DNA of 64,000 bases from an uncultured bacterium (GCA_964563535.1 CAZLXP010000001.1:423-64422), one strand, 5' to 3'; shown: positions 1-10,590, counted from the first letter of the stretch. Made by a program: numbers and translations. The notes: generated by a model from the letters alone, not told the origin.

Positions 1-786
1 GGATAAATATTTTAAGCCGTAAAATACGTTTTTCAGTATTTTGGGATTCGCGTACTTCGCCCTTACAGAATTAGGCAACAACGAGCCGAAATACGCTAGT
101 TTCCAATTGAAGTAAACCACCAATGGTATCGCTAAAACCGCGATGAACAGCGCCGTCCGTTTGTAATCTTTTCCGGTGCGATCGAAATAAAAAAGTGTCG
201 TAGCAATTACAAAGCTTACCAACAGACCCTCGGGCCTCGTCAAACACGCCCCGAGTGCGAATAACCCGCCGAAACCGGCCCATTTGAAATTACCATTCAC
301 TACCGACCGATAAGCCAACAAGGTAGCGCCCGTTACCCAAAATGAAAAAAACACGGTCTCCATACCCGACTGCGCATAAAAAGCTAACCCCGCGTTAACG
401 ACGACGACGGCAGCCGCCATAAGGGGCAAAAAAACGTTATCTCCCTTAGGGAAAAACAACGGCAGAGTAACTACCGTAAGAAACATAAATAAAACGCTAG
501 CCAACTTCGATATTTCCAGAGGGTGTAATCCCATTCTTACGAAGGGTACGTGGATCATTAACCATAAGAAATTCGAATAACCCTCTACCGGCGCCTCGCC
601 CTTATTCCAAACCAAACCGTTTCCACCCGATAAATGCTCGGCGTACCTATACGTTATAAACGCATCGTCGACCCCTTCGTATTGTTTGAAAAACCACCCC
701 TGCAATACAACAAGGACGCCGAGCGCCGCTAATAAAAACCAAAACCGACCGCGCCCCGTACCTTTAAAACGTTCCGTCACCGGCAT
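1..786 (-). CDS. Integral membrane glycosyltransferase, GT-C fold (ArnT/PMT-like). Partial: the C-terminus lies beyond the window start. The open frame runs uninterrupted from an ATG at 786 to position 1 and is absent from the ORF track only because it has no in-window stop.
   Basis: Manual translation reads MPVTERFKGTGRGRFWFLLAALGVL...DDAFITYRYAEHLSGGNGLVW... The (D/E)x-RYAE motif after TM1 is characteristic of ArnT/PMT-type GT-C transferases. Multiple hydrophobic helices follow. The gene sits next to an EPS export locus. Confidence 0.5.
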   Translation of the reverse strand, partial: MPVTERFKGTGRGRFWFLLAALGVLVVLQGWFFKQYEGVDDAFITYRYAEHLSGGNGLVWNKGEAPVEGYSNFLWLMIHVPFVRMGLHPLEISKLASVLFMFLTVVTLPLFFPKGDNVFLPLMAAAVVVVNAGLAFYAQSGMETVFFSFWVTGATLLAYRSVVNGNFKWAGFGGLFALGACLTRPEGLLVSFVIATTLFYFDRTGKDYKRTALFIAVLAIPLVVYFNWKLAYFGSLLPNSVRAKYANPKILKNVFYGLKYLS

Positions 787-1162
787 ATTCCTTCTCCGTA
801 ATCCTACGTACACGAACTGGTGAACCGTTGGCCCCTCTCAGCTCGCGCCGCGCCGCTCCTGCCCTTTAAGAACGCGGCCGTAACCGCGGCCAAACCCGCG
901 GCCAAGGCGAGGAAGATAAAACCGGCGGCTACATTTTGGGCGTAGTACGCCGGTATCTGCGACAACGCCCCCCCCTGCGGCAGCCCGCGCGCGACCATCC
1001 TGAACAACGTGGCCAATATCGGAAACCAGGCGAAGGCGCGTGCAGTCGCGACGACCCCGAGCGTTCCCGCCTCTATTACAAACTGCCGATATTGACCTTT
1101 TCACTTTTAACCTCGGTCCTATTTCCGCGAATCCGATTGCAGCTAGTGCCCGGGGCAACCGT

Positions 1163-3361
1163 TCAATCACCAGCCGGCGTATCGGGTTTCTCGACGCGGC
1201 CGTACCCGTAACGGTAATAATAACCGCCATACCCGTATCCGTAACCGTACGTCTCGCCCAACTCGGCGCAGTTCAGGACTACGCCTAAGATCTCGCCTCC
1301 TACCTGTTTGAGGGTGCGCACGGCGGAGTCGAGCTCCTGATAGCCAACTACGCCGGCGCGTATCACCAGCAAGAACTTCTTTATCGTACGGGCCACGAGC
1401 GCGACATCGGCCACCGGGAAAACCGGCGGTACGTCGATTATCGTGACCCCGAACCCCTGGCGCGCCGCCGTGGCTAACGTCTCGAAACGGTACGAGGCAA
1501 GGAGGGCCGGCGGCGCCGATGGGTTGGTGCCGGCGGTCACGATCGCGAGCCCTTCTACCTCGGACCAGTTTACGACGCCGTCCCACGATTCCTCTCCCCG
1601 TAGGAAATTCGCCACCCCCGAACCGCCGGTCAACCCCGCGAACTTAGCTATGGTCGAATGGTCGAGGTCGGCGTCGATGAGCACCGTCCGCGTACCGAGC
1701 TGGGCGAAGTTGACCGCGAGGTTAAAAGCGACCGTCGACTTACCCTCCTGGGCGCGCGAACTCGTAACGCCGAGCACGACGCCCTCGCCGGCCCCGTCGT
1801 TGGCGAACAAATGGGCGAGTTGGGCGTAAAGTCGGCGGAAGGCTTCGGCCGGGGGAGATTTCGGCGCCTCCACGACGATCCGCGCCGGTTGAATCGCTGG
1901 GCGCGTTTTTCCGGTTTTGGGCGAGGGATATTGATATCTCGAGCCGCGGCCGACACGGGGTATAATACCGAGCACGGCTGCACCCACGACCTGTTGCGCG
2001 GCCGCCGGGGACTTCACCGTGCGGTCGAAATACTCCACTATCGCGACCGCCGCCACCCCGAGCAATAAACCGGATAATATCCCCAATAACAAACTCTGTT
2101 TGCGGCGCGGGGCGAACGGCTTGTCCGGTGCCACGGCCCAGCTGAAAACCCGCGCCGTTCCAACTTCCGAGGCCTCCGCTATCCGCGCTTCCTCGCGCTT
2201 CTCCAGAAGCAGCATGTAAATGCTTTCGTCGGCGTCTTTTTCGCGAACCAGCCGGGCGAGGGTGGATTCTTTTTCCGGGAGCGCGGCGAGGTGAGTTTCG
2301 GTAAAGGCGACGGTATCCGCCAGTTCCCGTTCGCGCGTCCGGAGCGCCGCCGCCTCAGCCCGCGCGGCGTCGAGCTCTTGGACGAGCTGTTCCATTTTGG
2401 CGAAGAGGTTAACGTTGTGCTCTTCACCTGCAATTCCCGCCGCGGCCTCGCCCAGCTTTTGTTTAGCCAGGTCGATCTCGGCCGCCAACGCCACCAATTC
2501 CCGGTGACCGGGATCGTACCCTTTAAGGATCAAGTTCGCGTAGCGGTACTCCAAGGTGATTAATTTTTCCTGGAGCTGGCGAGCTACGGGCGACGAAACC
2601 GCTGCCGCCTCCGCCAAAAGCCGCTCCTCCGTCGCGCGTAACTCACGCTCGTAATACGTACGCGTGCTTTCCGCCACCGCCAAATCGACCCTGGTCTTCT
2701 CGAGTTCGCCGACGAACCCGGCCTCAGATTTTATCAATTCCGTGGTCTCGGCCTCTAAAGAAGCGACGCCGGCCGCCCGCTTATAATCTTCCAACTTCTG
2801 TTCACTCGTTTTAAGCCGCCGCTCGTACGAAACTAGCTGTCCCTCGACGAACTCTTTCTCGCGCGCGGCGCTCTTCCGTTTATCGCGAAGGTGGGCGTCG
2901 ATGTAGGCGTCCGCCACCAAGTTGGCTAACGCCGCGGCCCGCTCGCCGCTCCCGGCCTCGGTCGTAATCTCGATAATATCGGTATCCTGAAGCGCCTTCA
3001 CCTTTAGCGCGGCCTTGATCTCGTCGGCGCCCGGCGGGTGGGGGGGGTAAAGTCGCCTCCCGGCGGTCACGGCTTTCGCGACGACCTCGTGGCTTTCCAT
3101 CATCTCGAGTTGGTTTTTGAGTTCGTTGGACCTGGGTATAAACGCCGGTCCGAACTCCAAGGCGCTTTCGTCTCTACCGATGATAACGCGGGCGGTAGCC
3201 TCGTATCGGTCCGGCGCTTTGAGAACGTATATCGCGGTAGCTATTACGGGAACCGCCGCCGCCGTGGCGAAAGGCCACCACCGCCGCTTCAAGATCCGAG
3301 CAAGCGCCGCTAATTCCCGAAGGACCGGCTCGAATGACCAAAGAGTACGTTGCTCCCACAT
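1163..3361 (-). CDS. wzc: Wzc/EpsB-type tyrosine autokinase (BY-kinase), polysaccharide co-polymerase PCP-2a.
   Basis: Domain order is N-terminal Wzz-like region, long coiled coil, then a C-terminal P-loop (TSSRAQEGKSTVAFNLAVNFAQLGTRTVLIDADL, a ParA/MinD-like Walker A). It ends in a Tyr cluster, YGYGYGYGGYYYRYGYGR. The ORF track frame extends to 3454; the likely start is the Met of MWEQRTLW at about 3361, which abuts the Wza stop. Confidence 0.85.
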   Translation of the reverse strand: MWEQRTLWSFEPVLRELAALARILKRRWWPFATAAAVPVIATAIYVLKAPDRYEATARVIIGRDESALEFGPAFIPRSNELKNQLEMMESHEVVAKAVTAGRRLYPPHPPGADEIKAALKVKALQDTDIIEITTEAGSGERAAALANLVADAYIDAHLRDKRKSAAREKEFVEGQLVSYERRLKTSEQKLEDYKRAAGVASLEAETTELIKSEAGFVGELEKTRVDLAVAESTRTYYERELRATEERLLAEAAAVSSPVARQLQEKLITLEYRYANLILKGYDPGHRELVALAAEIDLAKQKLGEAAAGIAGEEHNVNLFAKMEQLVQELDAARAEAAALRTRERELADTVAFTETHLAALPEKESTLARLVREKDADESIYMLLLEKREEARIAEASEVGTARVFSWAVAPDKPFAPRRKQSLLLGILSGLLLGVAAVAIVEYFDRTVKSPAAAQQVVGAAVLGIIPRVGRGSRYQYPSPKTGKTRPAIQPARIVVEAPKSPPAEAFRRLYAQLAHLFANDGAGEGVVLGVTSSRAQEGKSTVAFNLAVNFAQLGTRTVLIDADLDHSTIAKFAGLTGGSGVANFLRGEESWDGVVNWSEVEGLAIVTAGTNPSAPPALLASYRFETLATAARQGFGVTIIDVPPVFPVADVALVARTIKKFLLVIRAGVVGYQELDSAVRTLKQVGGEILGVVLNCAELGETYGYGYGYGGYYYRYGYGRVEKPDTPAGD

Positions 3362-3366
3362 AAGCT

Positions 3367-3876
3367 TTATTTTCTCCCCGCGACCTCTATATAAAGGAGT
3401 ACCGTACCCGCGATAACGGCTAGTTCCGAAACCAGCGTGACGAACTCCCGCCAAGCGTATTTCGTGTTTTTTCGAACGTATACCGTATCCCCGGGTTTTA
3501 AAACCGGCACGGCCCCGACATCGCCCGAATCAAGATAGTGCCCGATGTCGATCGCCTCCGCCCCGCTGTCCGGCCGGGTAAGTTCCATATTCGTAAGGTT
3601 CGCGAACTCCGTCGGCCCGCCTGCGTACGATATCAGACGTACGACGTCGGCCCCGTCGGGTACATTGTAGTAACCGGGATTCTTCACCTCTCCCCAGATG
3701 CTCACCGGCACCAACAATTCCTCGTCGAGGGGCTGAGTCGTCCCGTACGGTGCCCGGTAGCCGATCGCCGCGTCCCCGCCGCCCCATGCGTACCACCCGT
3801 CACCGTGGGCGGCGGCTACCCACAACGTCGAAGCTATGGCGAGCGCGCACGACTTCCTAAGCGCTGGGTTACGCTT
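3367..3876 (-). CDS. Polysaccharide export protein, Wza/OPX family (Poly_export/SLBB).
   Basis: A signal peptide (KRNPALRKSCALAIASTLWVAAAHG) follows a TTG start with an AAGGAG RBS. The SLBB-like core reads SIWGEVKNPGYYNVPDGADVVRLISYAGGP...VLKPGDTVYV. It lies immediately upstream of wzc. Confidence 0.7.
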   Translation of the reverse strand, partial: KRNPALRKSCALAIASTLWVAAAHGDGWYAWGGGDAAIGYRAPYGTTQPLDEELLVPVSIWGEVKNPGYYNVPDGADVVRLISYAGGPTEFANLTNMELTRPDSGAEAIDIGHYLDSGDVGAVPVLKPGDTVYVRKNTKYAWREFVTLVSELAVIAGTVLLYIEVAGRK

Positions 3877-3934
3877 CAACTCGCTCCTTTCACTCCGCGC
3901 CGGCAACGAGAACCCGGCGCGAAGCCGTAGTCCC

Positions 3935-4528
3935 CTACCGCGTCGGGACCTGCAGGCGTTGGCCGACGAAGATCCAATGAGGATCCTTGATCTGGTAAGC
4001 GTTCGCCTCGTATATGACAGGCCAACGGCCCGGGTCGCCGTAATACTGGTCATAACCGGCTATCTTGTAGAGGCATTCGCCTTTCTTCACGATGTGAATG
4101 GTGTGGGGGCCGGTGTACCGGCCGCTCGGGCGAGGCGGCGACTCAACCTCCGGCCGGGACCCTCCACCGGACTCCCCCCCCGAAGCGGCGACGGCGACCT
4201 CACGCCTCGTTTGCCCGCCGGCGACGCCGGCCACGGCCGCGTACGCCTCGGCGTCGGTCGGCGCATACCCTTGGGCCTCGAGTTCGGCCCGCAGTTCGTC
4301 GCGCCGGGCCAACGCCAGCCGGGCTTCCTCGTAAACGGTCCGCGTACGCTCGAGCTCGACTTCAAGGTCCTGCCGCTCCTCCGCCGTCCGGTCGTATTCC
4401 GTCTCTAAATCAAGTACCTCTTTCTTGAGCCGGGCCAGCTCGTCGGTCATATCCGCCCCGGACCTGCCGGTCTTACACGCCAAAGGCATCAGCGCCGTTA
4501 GAATCCCGATCAACCAAAGCTTTCTCAT
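3935..4528 (-). CDS. LysM-domain lipoprotein with a coiled-coil region.
   Basis: GGAGG RBS, then MRKLWLIGILTALMPLAC (lipobox LAC). The C-terminal LysM region reads HTIHIVKKGECLYKIAGYDQYYGDPGRWPVIYEAN...IFVGQRLQVP. Confidence 0.65.
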   Translation of the reverse strand: MRKLWLIGILTALMPLACKTGRSGADMTDELARLKKEVLDLETEYDRTAEERQDLEVELERTRTVYEEARLALARRDELRAELEAQGYAPTDAEAYAAVAGVAGGQTRREVAVAASGGESGGGSRPEVESPPRPSGRYTGPHTIHIVKKGECLYKIAGYDQYYGDPGRWPVIYEANAYQIKDPHWIFVGQRLQVPTR

Positions 4529-4577
4529 AACGTCCTCCACGGCGGCATCCCCCGCCGCGCTTGCGAGGGGCCTGGCG

Positions 4578-5621
4578 TTAAATGCCGCCGTCGCCGGTTG
4601 TCTTTTCGACGGGGACGCTCTCCTCGGCCGTCTTCAGGCTTTTCTCCAAATCGTCGATTTCGGCATATACCCGGTCCAAGTTTTCAGGAGATATCCCCTG
4701 GCCCTCGTATTCTTCCGAGAGATCGTAAATCCGCTGCCGGATACCCGCGATCATCTCCTCTTCGCCGCCGACCCGCTGCTTGAGGAAGTCCGCCCGGTCT
4801 TCGAGCTCCCTGATATCCCGGCGGACCTCGAGACGTTCCCGCCCGGTGTGGAGCAGCCGCGGGCTGAACTCCAACGTGAGCGAATAGAACGGATGAAAAG
4901 ACGGCGAGCCCAGCTGTTCCACTTTCTCGATCCCGGTCCCGACCGTTAACCACGGCAGCGTGTGGCGCACGCCGACGTTTATATCCCGGCCGTCTTCCTC
5001 CACCAGAATCTCAAACGTTCTCCAGACCCGCCGGTTGAACCCCATAAAAACGCCGTGAAAGTGGTAGCTCTTAGGACCGGCGCCGGCGAACCTCCCGTAT
5101 CCCCACCCAAGGTGGAACGTGCCGAACGGGTCGACCGTTTTACTCGTAACGACGAACGGCGAAATATTGTCGCGGAAGTCCATATCGTAAGCCGCGGTAT
5201 CGCTCGGGAAGCGGTCCCCGGCGTGAGAAATTACGCCGTCCCCGATCGTAAGCTCGTCCATGCCTACCGAGAGCGACGGCTGGTATCGGTTGTAGTGTTC
5301 CTCGTCGATCAACTCGACTTTGAAATGGGCGCCGAGGGCGGGCCGGTTCCATACCGAATAAACCGCCAACCCCACTTCCGACATGCCGGCGACGCCGAGG
5401 TTTAAATTAACGTCCCCGTAATTAGTCACGGCTGGATCGGCGGAAACGGCCAAAACTAAATCGACCTCGTACTGCATATGATCGAGGTACTCGCTGGCCG
5501 GGATGTCGATCAGACTCGTCGACGAATATCCGCCCACCGCCGGCCCGGCGGCCATAAAGGCCGTGACGGCTAACGCTCGGAAGCACACGCGCCGGGACCC
5601 GTAGTTCGATTTATACTTCAT
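4578..5621 (-). CDS. Secreted/outer-membrane-associated protein of the EPS locus; function unknown.
   Basis: GGAGG RBS. N-terminal signal peptide MKYKSNYGSRRVCFRALAVTAFMAAGPAVG, then a beta-rich middle and a C-terminal coiled coil. Confidence 0.45.
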   Translation of the reverse strand: MKYKSNYGSRRVCFRALAVTAFMAAGPAVGGYSSTSLIDIPASEYLDHMQYEVDLVLAVSADPAVTNYGDVNLNLGVAGMSEVGLAVYSVWNRPALGAHFKVELIDEEHYNRYQPSLSVGMDELTIGDGVISHAGDRFPSDTAAYDMDFRDNISPFVVTSKTVDPFGTFHLGWGYGRFAGAGPKSYHFHGVFMGFNRRVWRTFEILVEEDGRDINVGVRHTLPWLTVGTGIEKVEQLGSPSFHPFYSLTLEFSPRLLHTGRERLEVRRDIRELEDRADFLKQRVGGEEEMIAGIRQRIYDLSEEYEGQGISPENLDRVYAEIDDLEKSLKTAEESVPVEKTTGDGGI

Positions 5622-5637
5622 AGGAAACCTCCTGCCA

Positions 5638-6852
5638 TCACTCGCTCAAAGCCGGTTCCACGTCAACCGGCGGGGTGTCGACCGCCGCGGCCGGGGGCAA
5701 GGCCTCGGTTCGTTCCGCCACCGCAGGTAGGTTGCGCCGGTACCTCTCGTAACAACCGGCGACGAAATCCCCGAACCGCGACTTGAATCGGCTAGTATCG
5801 TAACGGACCGCCCGGTTCCGAATGACGCCGGCGTCGAAACACCTGGGGTCGAAGGCCAGGATAGCTTCTCGTAAAGCCTCCGCCGTCTGAGGGGTGAAGA
5901 ATCGCCCCGTAATGCCGTCGACGACGGTATCCAAGGCGCCGCCGCGCCGGTAAGCGATAACCGGTTTACCGCAAGCCATCGCTTCCACGGGAGCGATCCC
6001 GAAATCCTCGTAGGCCGGCATGACGAAAGCCACCGCGTGGCGGTAGTACTCCCTTACCGTATCGTCGTCCGCCTCTGGAACGAAGGTTACGTTCGGCCCC
6101 GCCCTTTTCATCAATTCCTTCCGCTCCGGACCGTCGCCTACGACCACCAGCCGTCGCGGTAAATTCCGAAACGCATCTACCGCTATGTCCACCCTCTTAT
6201 ACCCCTTTAATCGGCAGACGACCAAGAAATACGGCTCGTAGAACGGCCGCCCCGGCCAAGAGCCGTCGCCATCCGGCGAAGGCGTGAAAAAGGCGGTGTC
6301 CACGGGAGGCGGGATAACCTCGGCGCGGCGGCCGTAATATTTCCGGATCCGTTCCTGCACTGTGCGCGAGTTGCACGCCAAAAAGTCCACCCGTTGGGTC
6401 GCCACTACGTCCCACATCCGCAAGTACAACATGGCGCACCGCAACACGCCGCGGTAGGCCCACGACATGCCCGCTACCGTCTTGTGATAATAGTCCCAAG
6501 CGAACCGCATCGGCGTATGCAGGTAGGAAACGTGGCACGTCGGCGGGAACGTCAAAACCCCTTTGGCCCACGCGCTGGAATCACTTACGACGAGGTCATA
6601 ATCGGATAAGTCCATCTGCTCGATAAACAACGGATACAGAAGAAGGTATTTATCGTACCACCGCCTCGCGAAGGGCATCCGTTGCAACCACGACGTCCGG
6701 ATGTCGCGGCCGTTTACAAGATCTCCAGACAATTCCGCATCCTTGATCAACGTATATATCGGTGCCCGAGGGAACAACTCGGTAATAGCCTGGAGCACTT
6801 TTTCGGCGCCGCCCCGCTGGTTCAGATAATCGTGAACGACCGCAACTCTCAT
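5638..6852 (-). CDS. GT4-family glycosyltransferase (retaining, GT-B fold).
   Basis: N-terminal MRVAVVHDYLNQRGGAEKV. The C-terminal EX7E-type motif reads FVMPAYEDFGIAPVEAMACGKPVIAYRRGGALDTVVDGITG. Confidence 0.8.
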   Translation of the reverse strand: MRVAVVHDYLNQRGGAEKVLQAITELFPRAPIYTLIKDAELSGDLVNGRDIRTSWLQRMPFARRWYDKYLLLYPLFIEQMDLSDYDLVVSDSSAWAKGVLTFPPTCHVSYLHTPMRFAWDYYHKTVAGMSWAYRGVLRCAMLYLRMWDVVATQRVDFLACNSRTVQERIRKYYGRRAEVIPPPVDTAFFTPSPDGDGSWPGRPFYEPYFLVVCRLKGYKRVDIAVDAFRNLPRRLVVVGDGPERKELMKRAGPNVTFVPEADDDTVREYYRHAVAFVMPAYEDFGIAPVEAMACGKPVIAYRRGGALDTVVDGITGRFFTPQTAEALREAILAFDPRCFDAGVIRNRAVRYDTSRFKSRFGDFVAGCYERYRRNLPAVAERTEALPPAAAVDTPPVDVEPALSE

Positions 6853-7285
6853 ACGCTAACTCCCCTTGACTCGTTCCCGCGCTCTGCATCCCCGTACCCC
6901 TCGCCCCGGATCACGCCGGCTTGCCGCTCACAAGTATAAAAACCACATTCTCCAGCGAGGGCGTCTTAACCACTATCCCGTACGGATTGACGAAACCCAC
7001 CTCGAGCGGCCGGGGCGCGGCCAAGGCCGCCGTCGACGTCGCGATCACGAAGTACGGCGCACGCCCGGCCCAACTTCCCCGGCCGTAATTGCCGGCCGTA
7101 CCTCCGCTTGGCGACAAGCGGCCTCTATTCCACTCCGATTCCGATTTCCGATCCGCCGCCACGTCGATACCTCCTTCAATTGCCGCACCAACTTAAACCC
7201 GCCCTATGTCAGAAAACGTCAGCCTGATCGGCAACCTGCGGTAAGTTTTTCGCGCTCGCGGAGGTTAACGCTCCGCCCATATAAT

Positions 7286-8677
7286 CTAGGGGTCACCCGA
7301 AACCGGGTATCCCACCCCGGCTCCGTCCCGAGCGCCGTAATCTTTAAGCTTCGCCCACAACGTCGTCCGGCTTATACCCAACAACTTCGCCGCCCTCGAC
7401 TTATTGCCTTTGGCGATCGCCAAGACGTCTAACGTATGGCGCCGTTCTAGTTCGTGGAGCGACAAGTCGTGCGAACGGTTCGCTTCCCGGACGCGCCCCC
7501 CGCCGTTTAAACCGGGCGGGCCGATAGTTATGGCCGACGGTAGGATCGTTTCTCCTTCCGTCAAAATAACTGCGCGCTCGATTACTCCCCGCAGCTCGCG
7601 GACGTTACCGGGCCACCGGTATCCGCGGAGGATCTCCTCCGCCTCCGCCGTCAAACCTATAACGTTCTTCTTGAACTCGGCGTTGAAGGTCTCGACGAAG
7701 TATTTACTGAGAGCGAAGATATCTTCGGGCCGTTCGCGGAGCGGCGGGACGTAGATCGTGAAGACATCCAGCCGGTAATAAAGGTCCTCGCGGAAAAGGG
7801 CCTCGCTCACCATCGCGCGTAGGTCTCTGTTCGTAGCGGCGATGATCCGCACGTCTACGGGGATATCTTCGAGCCCGCCGACGCGGCGTACCGCCTTTTC
7901 TTCCACCGCGCGTAAGATCTTGGGCTGCAGCGCAAGCTGCAAGTCGCCGATCTCGTCGAGGAAAAGTGTTCCGCCGTCGGCGTACTCGAAAAGGCCGCGT
8001 TTCTCCTTGTGGGCGTCGGTAAACGCCCCCTTGGTATGGCCGAAAAGTTCTGACTCCAACAAACTCTCCGACAGCGCGCCGCAGTTCACGGCCACGAATT
8101 GTTTCGAGGCTCGTTCGCTCCGGGCGTGAATCTCGCGGGCGATAACTTCTTTCCCGGTACCGGTCTCCCCCACGATCAGGACCTGGGTATGGGGGGTTCT
8201 GCTGAGCCGGTCCACAAGTGCTAACGTCCGCCGCATGCGGGGGCTTTCGGACACGATGTACTTGTACCGCCGCGATTGGCCGTCCCGCAGGAGCGACAGC
8301 TCGCGCCGAAGGAAAAACGCGCGGAGGCCGTTTTCCAACAACCGCAACATATCGTCCGGCTCGAAAGGCTTTTTAACGTAGTCGTACGCGCCCCGTTTGA
8401 TCGCTTCGACCGCGGGCCCGATGTCGCCGAAAGCGGTCATCATAATCACGACCGTCGCGGGTTCGCGCACCCTGACCTCCTTCAGGACGGCCAAGCCGTC
8501 GACCCCCGGGAGCTTCAAGTCCAGCAGGACCGCGTCCACCGCCCGCTCTTCGAACAACCGCACCGCCGTCTCGCCGTCTTCTGCCTCCAGCGCCCCGTAC
8601 CCCGCCCTCCGTAAATACTTGCTTAGGGACCGCCGCAAGACCGGCTCGTCCTCCACGACCATAACCGTAGCCTTCAT
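7286..8677 (-). CDS. Sigma-54-dependent response regulator, NtrC family (REC + AAA+ sigma-54 interaction domain + Fis-type HTH).
   Basis: REC domain (VMVVEDEP...LLDLKLPGVDG), Walker A GETGTGKEVIAREIH, the GAFTDA motif, ESELFGH, and a C-terminal HTH (RAAKLLGISRTTLWAKLK). Confidence 0.9.
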   Translation of the reverse strand: MKATVMVVEDEPVLRRSLSKYLRRAGYGALEAEDGETAVRLFEERAVDAVLLDLKLPGVDGLAVLKEVRVREPATVVIMMTAFGDIGPAVEAIKRGAYDYVKKPFEPDDMLRLLENGLRAFFLRRELSLLRDGQSRRYKYIVSESPRMRRTLALVDRLSRTPHTQVLIVGETGTGKEVIAREIHARSERASKQFVAVNCGALSESLLESELFGHTKGAFTDAHKEKRGLFEYADGGTLFLDEIGDLQLALQPKILRAVEEKAVRRVGGLEDIPVDVRIIAATNRDLRAMVSEALFREDLYYRLDVFTIYVPPLRERPEDIFALSKYFVETFNAEFKKNVIGLTAEAEEILRGYRWPGNVRELRGVIERAVILTEGETILPSAITIGPPGLNGGGRVREANRSHDLSLHELERRHTLDVLAIAKGNKSRAAKLLGISRTTLWAKLKDYGARDGAGVGYPVSGDP

Positions 8678-8678
8678 A

Positions 8679-10136
8679 TCACGACCCCGCGACGGGAAAC
8701 GTTACCGTCACCACAAGGCCCACGTCGCGGCCCGCGAGACTGAAGTCCCCGCCGTGGGCTTTTACGATCTTCAAACACAACGGCAAACCGAGGCCTACCC
8801 CGTCAGCTTTCGTTGTGAAAAAGGGCTCTAACGCCCGCCTCGCATCCTCCTCCGAAACGCCCGGGCCGTTATCGGCGAAAGTTATCGCGACCGCCGCACC
8901 GTCGGCATCCAGCTGCGAGCGTACCGTCAAATCCCCGCCGCCCGCCATCGCCTGGCGCGCGTTTACGACTACATTCGTAAAAACCGATTTCACCAGCCGC
9001 CGGTCGAGGTTAAGGGCCGGCAACTGCCCTCCAAGCCCGAGCTCGACGGCCACGTGAGCATTTTCCAAGTTCGCGCGTTCCTCCTCGATTACTTCTCGGA
9101 CTAAGGCGTTCACGTTGCTCGGCCGCGGTTCGAGCGTGAGCGGTTTCGCGAAATCGAAAAACCTCTTGAGCAACCCGTCGATTTTACGAACTCCCTCCAG
9201 TATCCAATCCGCGCTCTCCGTATCAAGGCCCGCGGCCGCGAGCTCCTCCCGTACCACGGTCGCCGAGGTCGTGATCGCCGCCAACGGGTTCCGGACCTCG
9301 TGTGCGATCCCCGCGGTCATTTCTCCGACGGCCGCGAGGCGGTCCAACCTGGCGACTTCCCCCTCCAACCGCCTTCTCTCCGTAACGTCGCGTATGACGG
9401 CCGTAAACGCAACCCCGTCGTCGGCGCCCGGGTCGGAAAACGAGACTTCGGCCGGGAACTCCTCGCCCCCCTTTCGGGTTAACGTGGTGACCAGAATCGC
9501 CCCGGGTTTCCGGCGGTCGTCCGGGGACCGGCGGGCGAAGGATTCCCGGATCGCCCCGCAGCCCAAGGCCGCTAACAGCACGCCCACGGCTTCCTCGGCC
9601 GCGTAGCCGAACATACGTTCCGCCCCGCGGCTGAAGAATATTACACGCCCATCGCCGTCGACGTTAACCACCGCCTCTTTGGCCGTCTCTACCAACGAGC
9701 GGTACTTCTCCTCCGACGCGCGTAGCGCCTCCCCGAGCGCTTGGCGCTCCCGCGCGAGCGCGACCCGCTCCAGCGCGGCGGCAACGGTAGAGGGTAACTT
9801 TTTGATGTGCTTAACGGATTTTACGACGTAATCGGCCGCCCCTTGTTTCAGAGCCGCGACGGCGATCTCCTCGCTCCCCGTTCCCGTCAAAAGTATTACC
9901 GGCGTCTCCGGCCGAAGGTCGCGCACCAATCTTAAAATGTCGAAGCCGGTTAGACCGAGGAAGTCGTAGTCGGAAATGACGACGTCGAATTCGCCCCCGG
10001 CGAGTTTCTCCTCGAGGTCGGCGCGCGACCGCGCCTCTACCACCTCGTAGCGTTCCTCCGCCCCGCACAGCGCTCGTTTGACAAGCGCGCGGTCGGACTC
10101 GCCGTCGTCGATCACCAGCGTTTTAATAACCGGCAC
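8679..10136 (-). CDS. Hybrid sensor histidine kinase (N-terminal REC, PAS, HisKA, HATPase_c).
   Basis: REC (IKTLVIDDGESD...DYDFLGLTGFD), PAS (VVNVDGDGRVIFFSRGAERMFGY), H-box (AHEVRNPLAAI), and G1/G2 boxes (DNGPGV, GLGLPLC). Confidence 0.85.
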   Translation of the reverse strand: MPVIKTLVIDDGESDRALVKRALCGAEERYEVVEARSRADLEEKLAGGEFDVVISDYDFLGLTGFDILRLVRDLRPETPVILLTGTGSEEIAVAALKQGAADYVVKSVKHIKKLPSTVAAALERVALARERQALGEALRASEEKYRSLVETAKEAVVNVDGDGRVIFFSRGAERMFGYAAEEAVGVLLAALGCGAIRESFARRSPDDRRKPGAILVTTLTRKGGEEFPAEVSFSDPGADDGVAFTAVIRDVTERRRLEGEVARLDRLAAVGEMTAGIAHEVRNPLAAITTSATVVREELAAAGLDTESADWILEGVRKIDGLLKRFFDFAKPLTLEPRPSNVNALVREVIEEERANLENAHVAVELGLGGQLPALNLDRRLVKSVFTNVVVNARQAMAGGGDLTVRSQLDADGAAVAITFADNGPGVSEEDARRALEPFFTTKADGVGLGLPLCLKIVKAHGGDFSLAGRDVGLVVTVTFPVAGS

Positions 10137-10590
10137 CTACGCGTACCTCGACGGCCGGCGACGTATTGAGCGCCAACCAGTATTTCTCGATCTCCGCGAC
10201 GAGGCGGGTAAATTCGTGAAATGCTACCGGCTTTACTAAATAACTGTTCGCGCCCAAGTCGTAACTGCGTTTGATATCCGCCGGCTCGCTCGATGAAGTA
10301 AGGACTACGACGGGTATCCATTTCGTTCGGGCGGCGCCCTTGATTACTTCGAGGACCTCGAACCCGCCTACGCGCGGCATCTTCAAATCGAGGAGGACCA
10401 AATGGGGCAACGGATACCGCACGCGGTCGTTAAATGGCGTAGCGCCCAGAAGGTACTTCGCGGCCTCCGTACCGTCGCGAGCCACCTCTACCCGCTTGGG
10501 CAAACGCGTCTTCGCGAACGCACGGCGGATCAACGCGACGTCGTCTTCGTTGTCGTCGACGACGAGTATTATGGCTCCGTTCTCGTTCAT
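10123..10590 (-). CDS. Single-domain response-regulator receiver (CheY-like).
   Basis: ILVVDDNEDDVALIRRAF...LLDLKMPRVGGFEVLEVIK...VVVLTSS...YLVKP. Confidence 0.8.
   Translation of the reverse strand: MNENGAIILVVDDNEDDVALIRRAFAKTRLPKRVEVARDGTEAAKYLLGATPFNDRVRYPLPHLVLLDLKMPRVGGFEVLEVIKGAARTKWIPVVVLTSSSEPADIKRSYDLGANSYLVKPVAFHEFTRLVAEIEKYWLALNTSPAVEVRVGAGY

Noticed and set aside
800-1586. ORFs 804-1016, 838-1230, 936-1211, 1040-1288, 1167-1586 between the GT-C gene and wzc.
   Set aside because: They overlap each other in all frames in a short GC-rich spacer or the 3' end of wzc. No RBS, low-complexity Arg/Gly products.
6866-7285. Sigma-54 promoter upstream of the GT4 gene.
   Set aside because: No convincing TGGCAC-N5-TTGC (GG-N10-GC) element was found by eye on the minus strand of this spacer.
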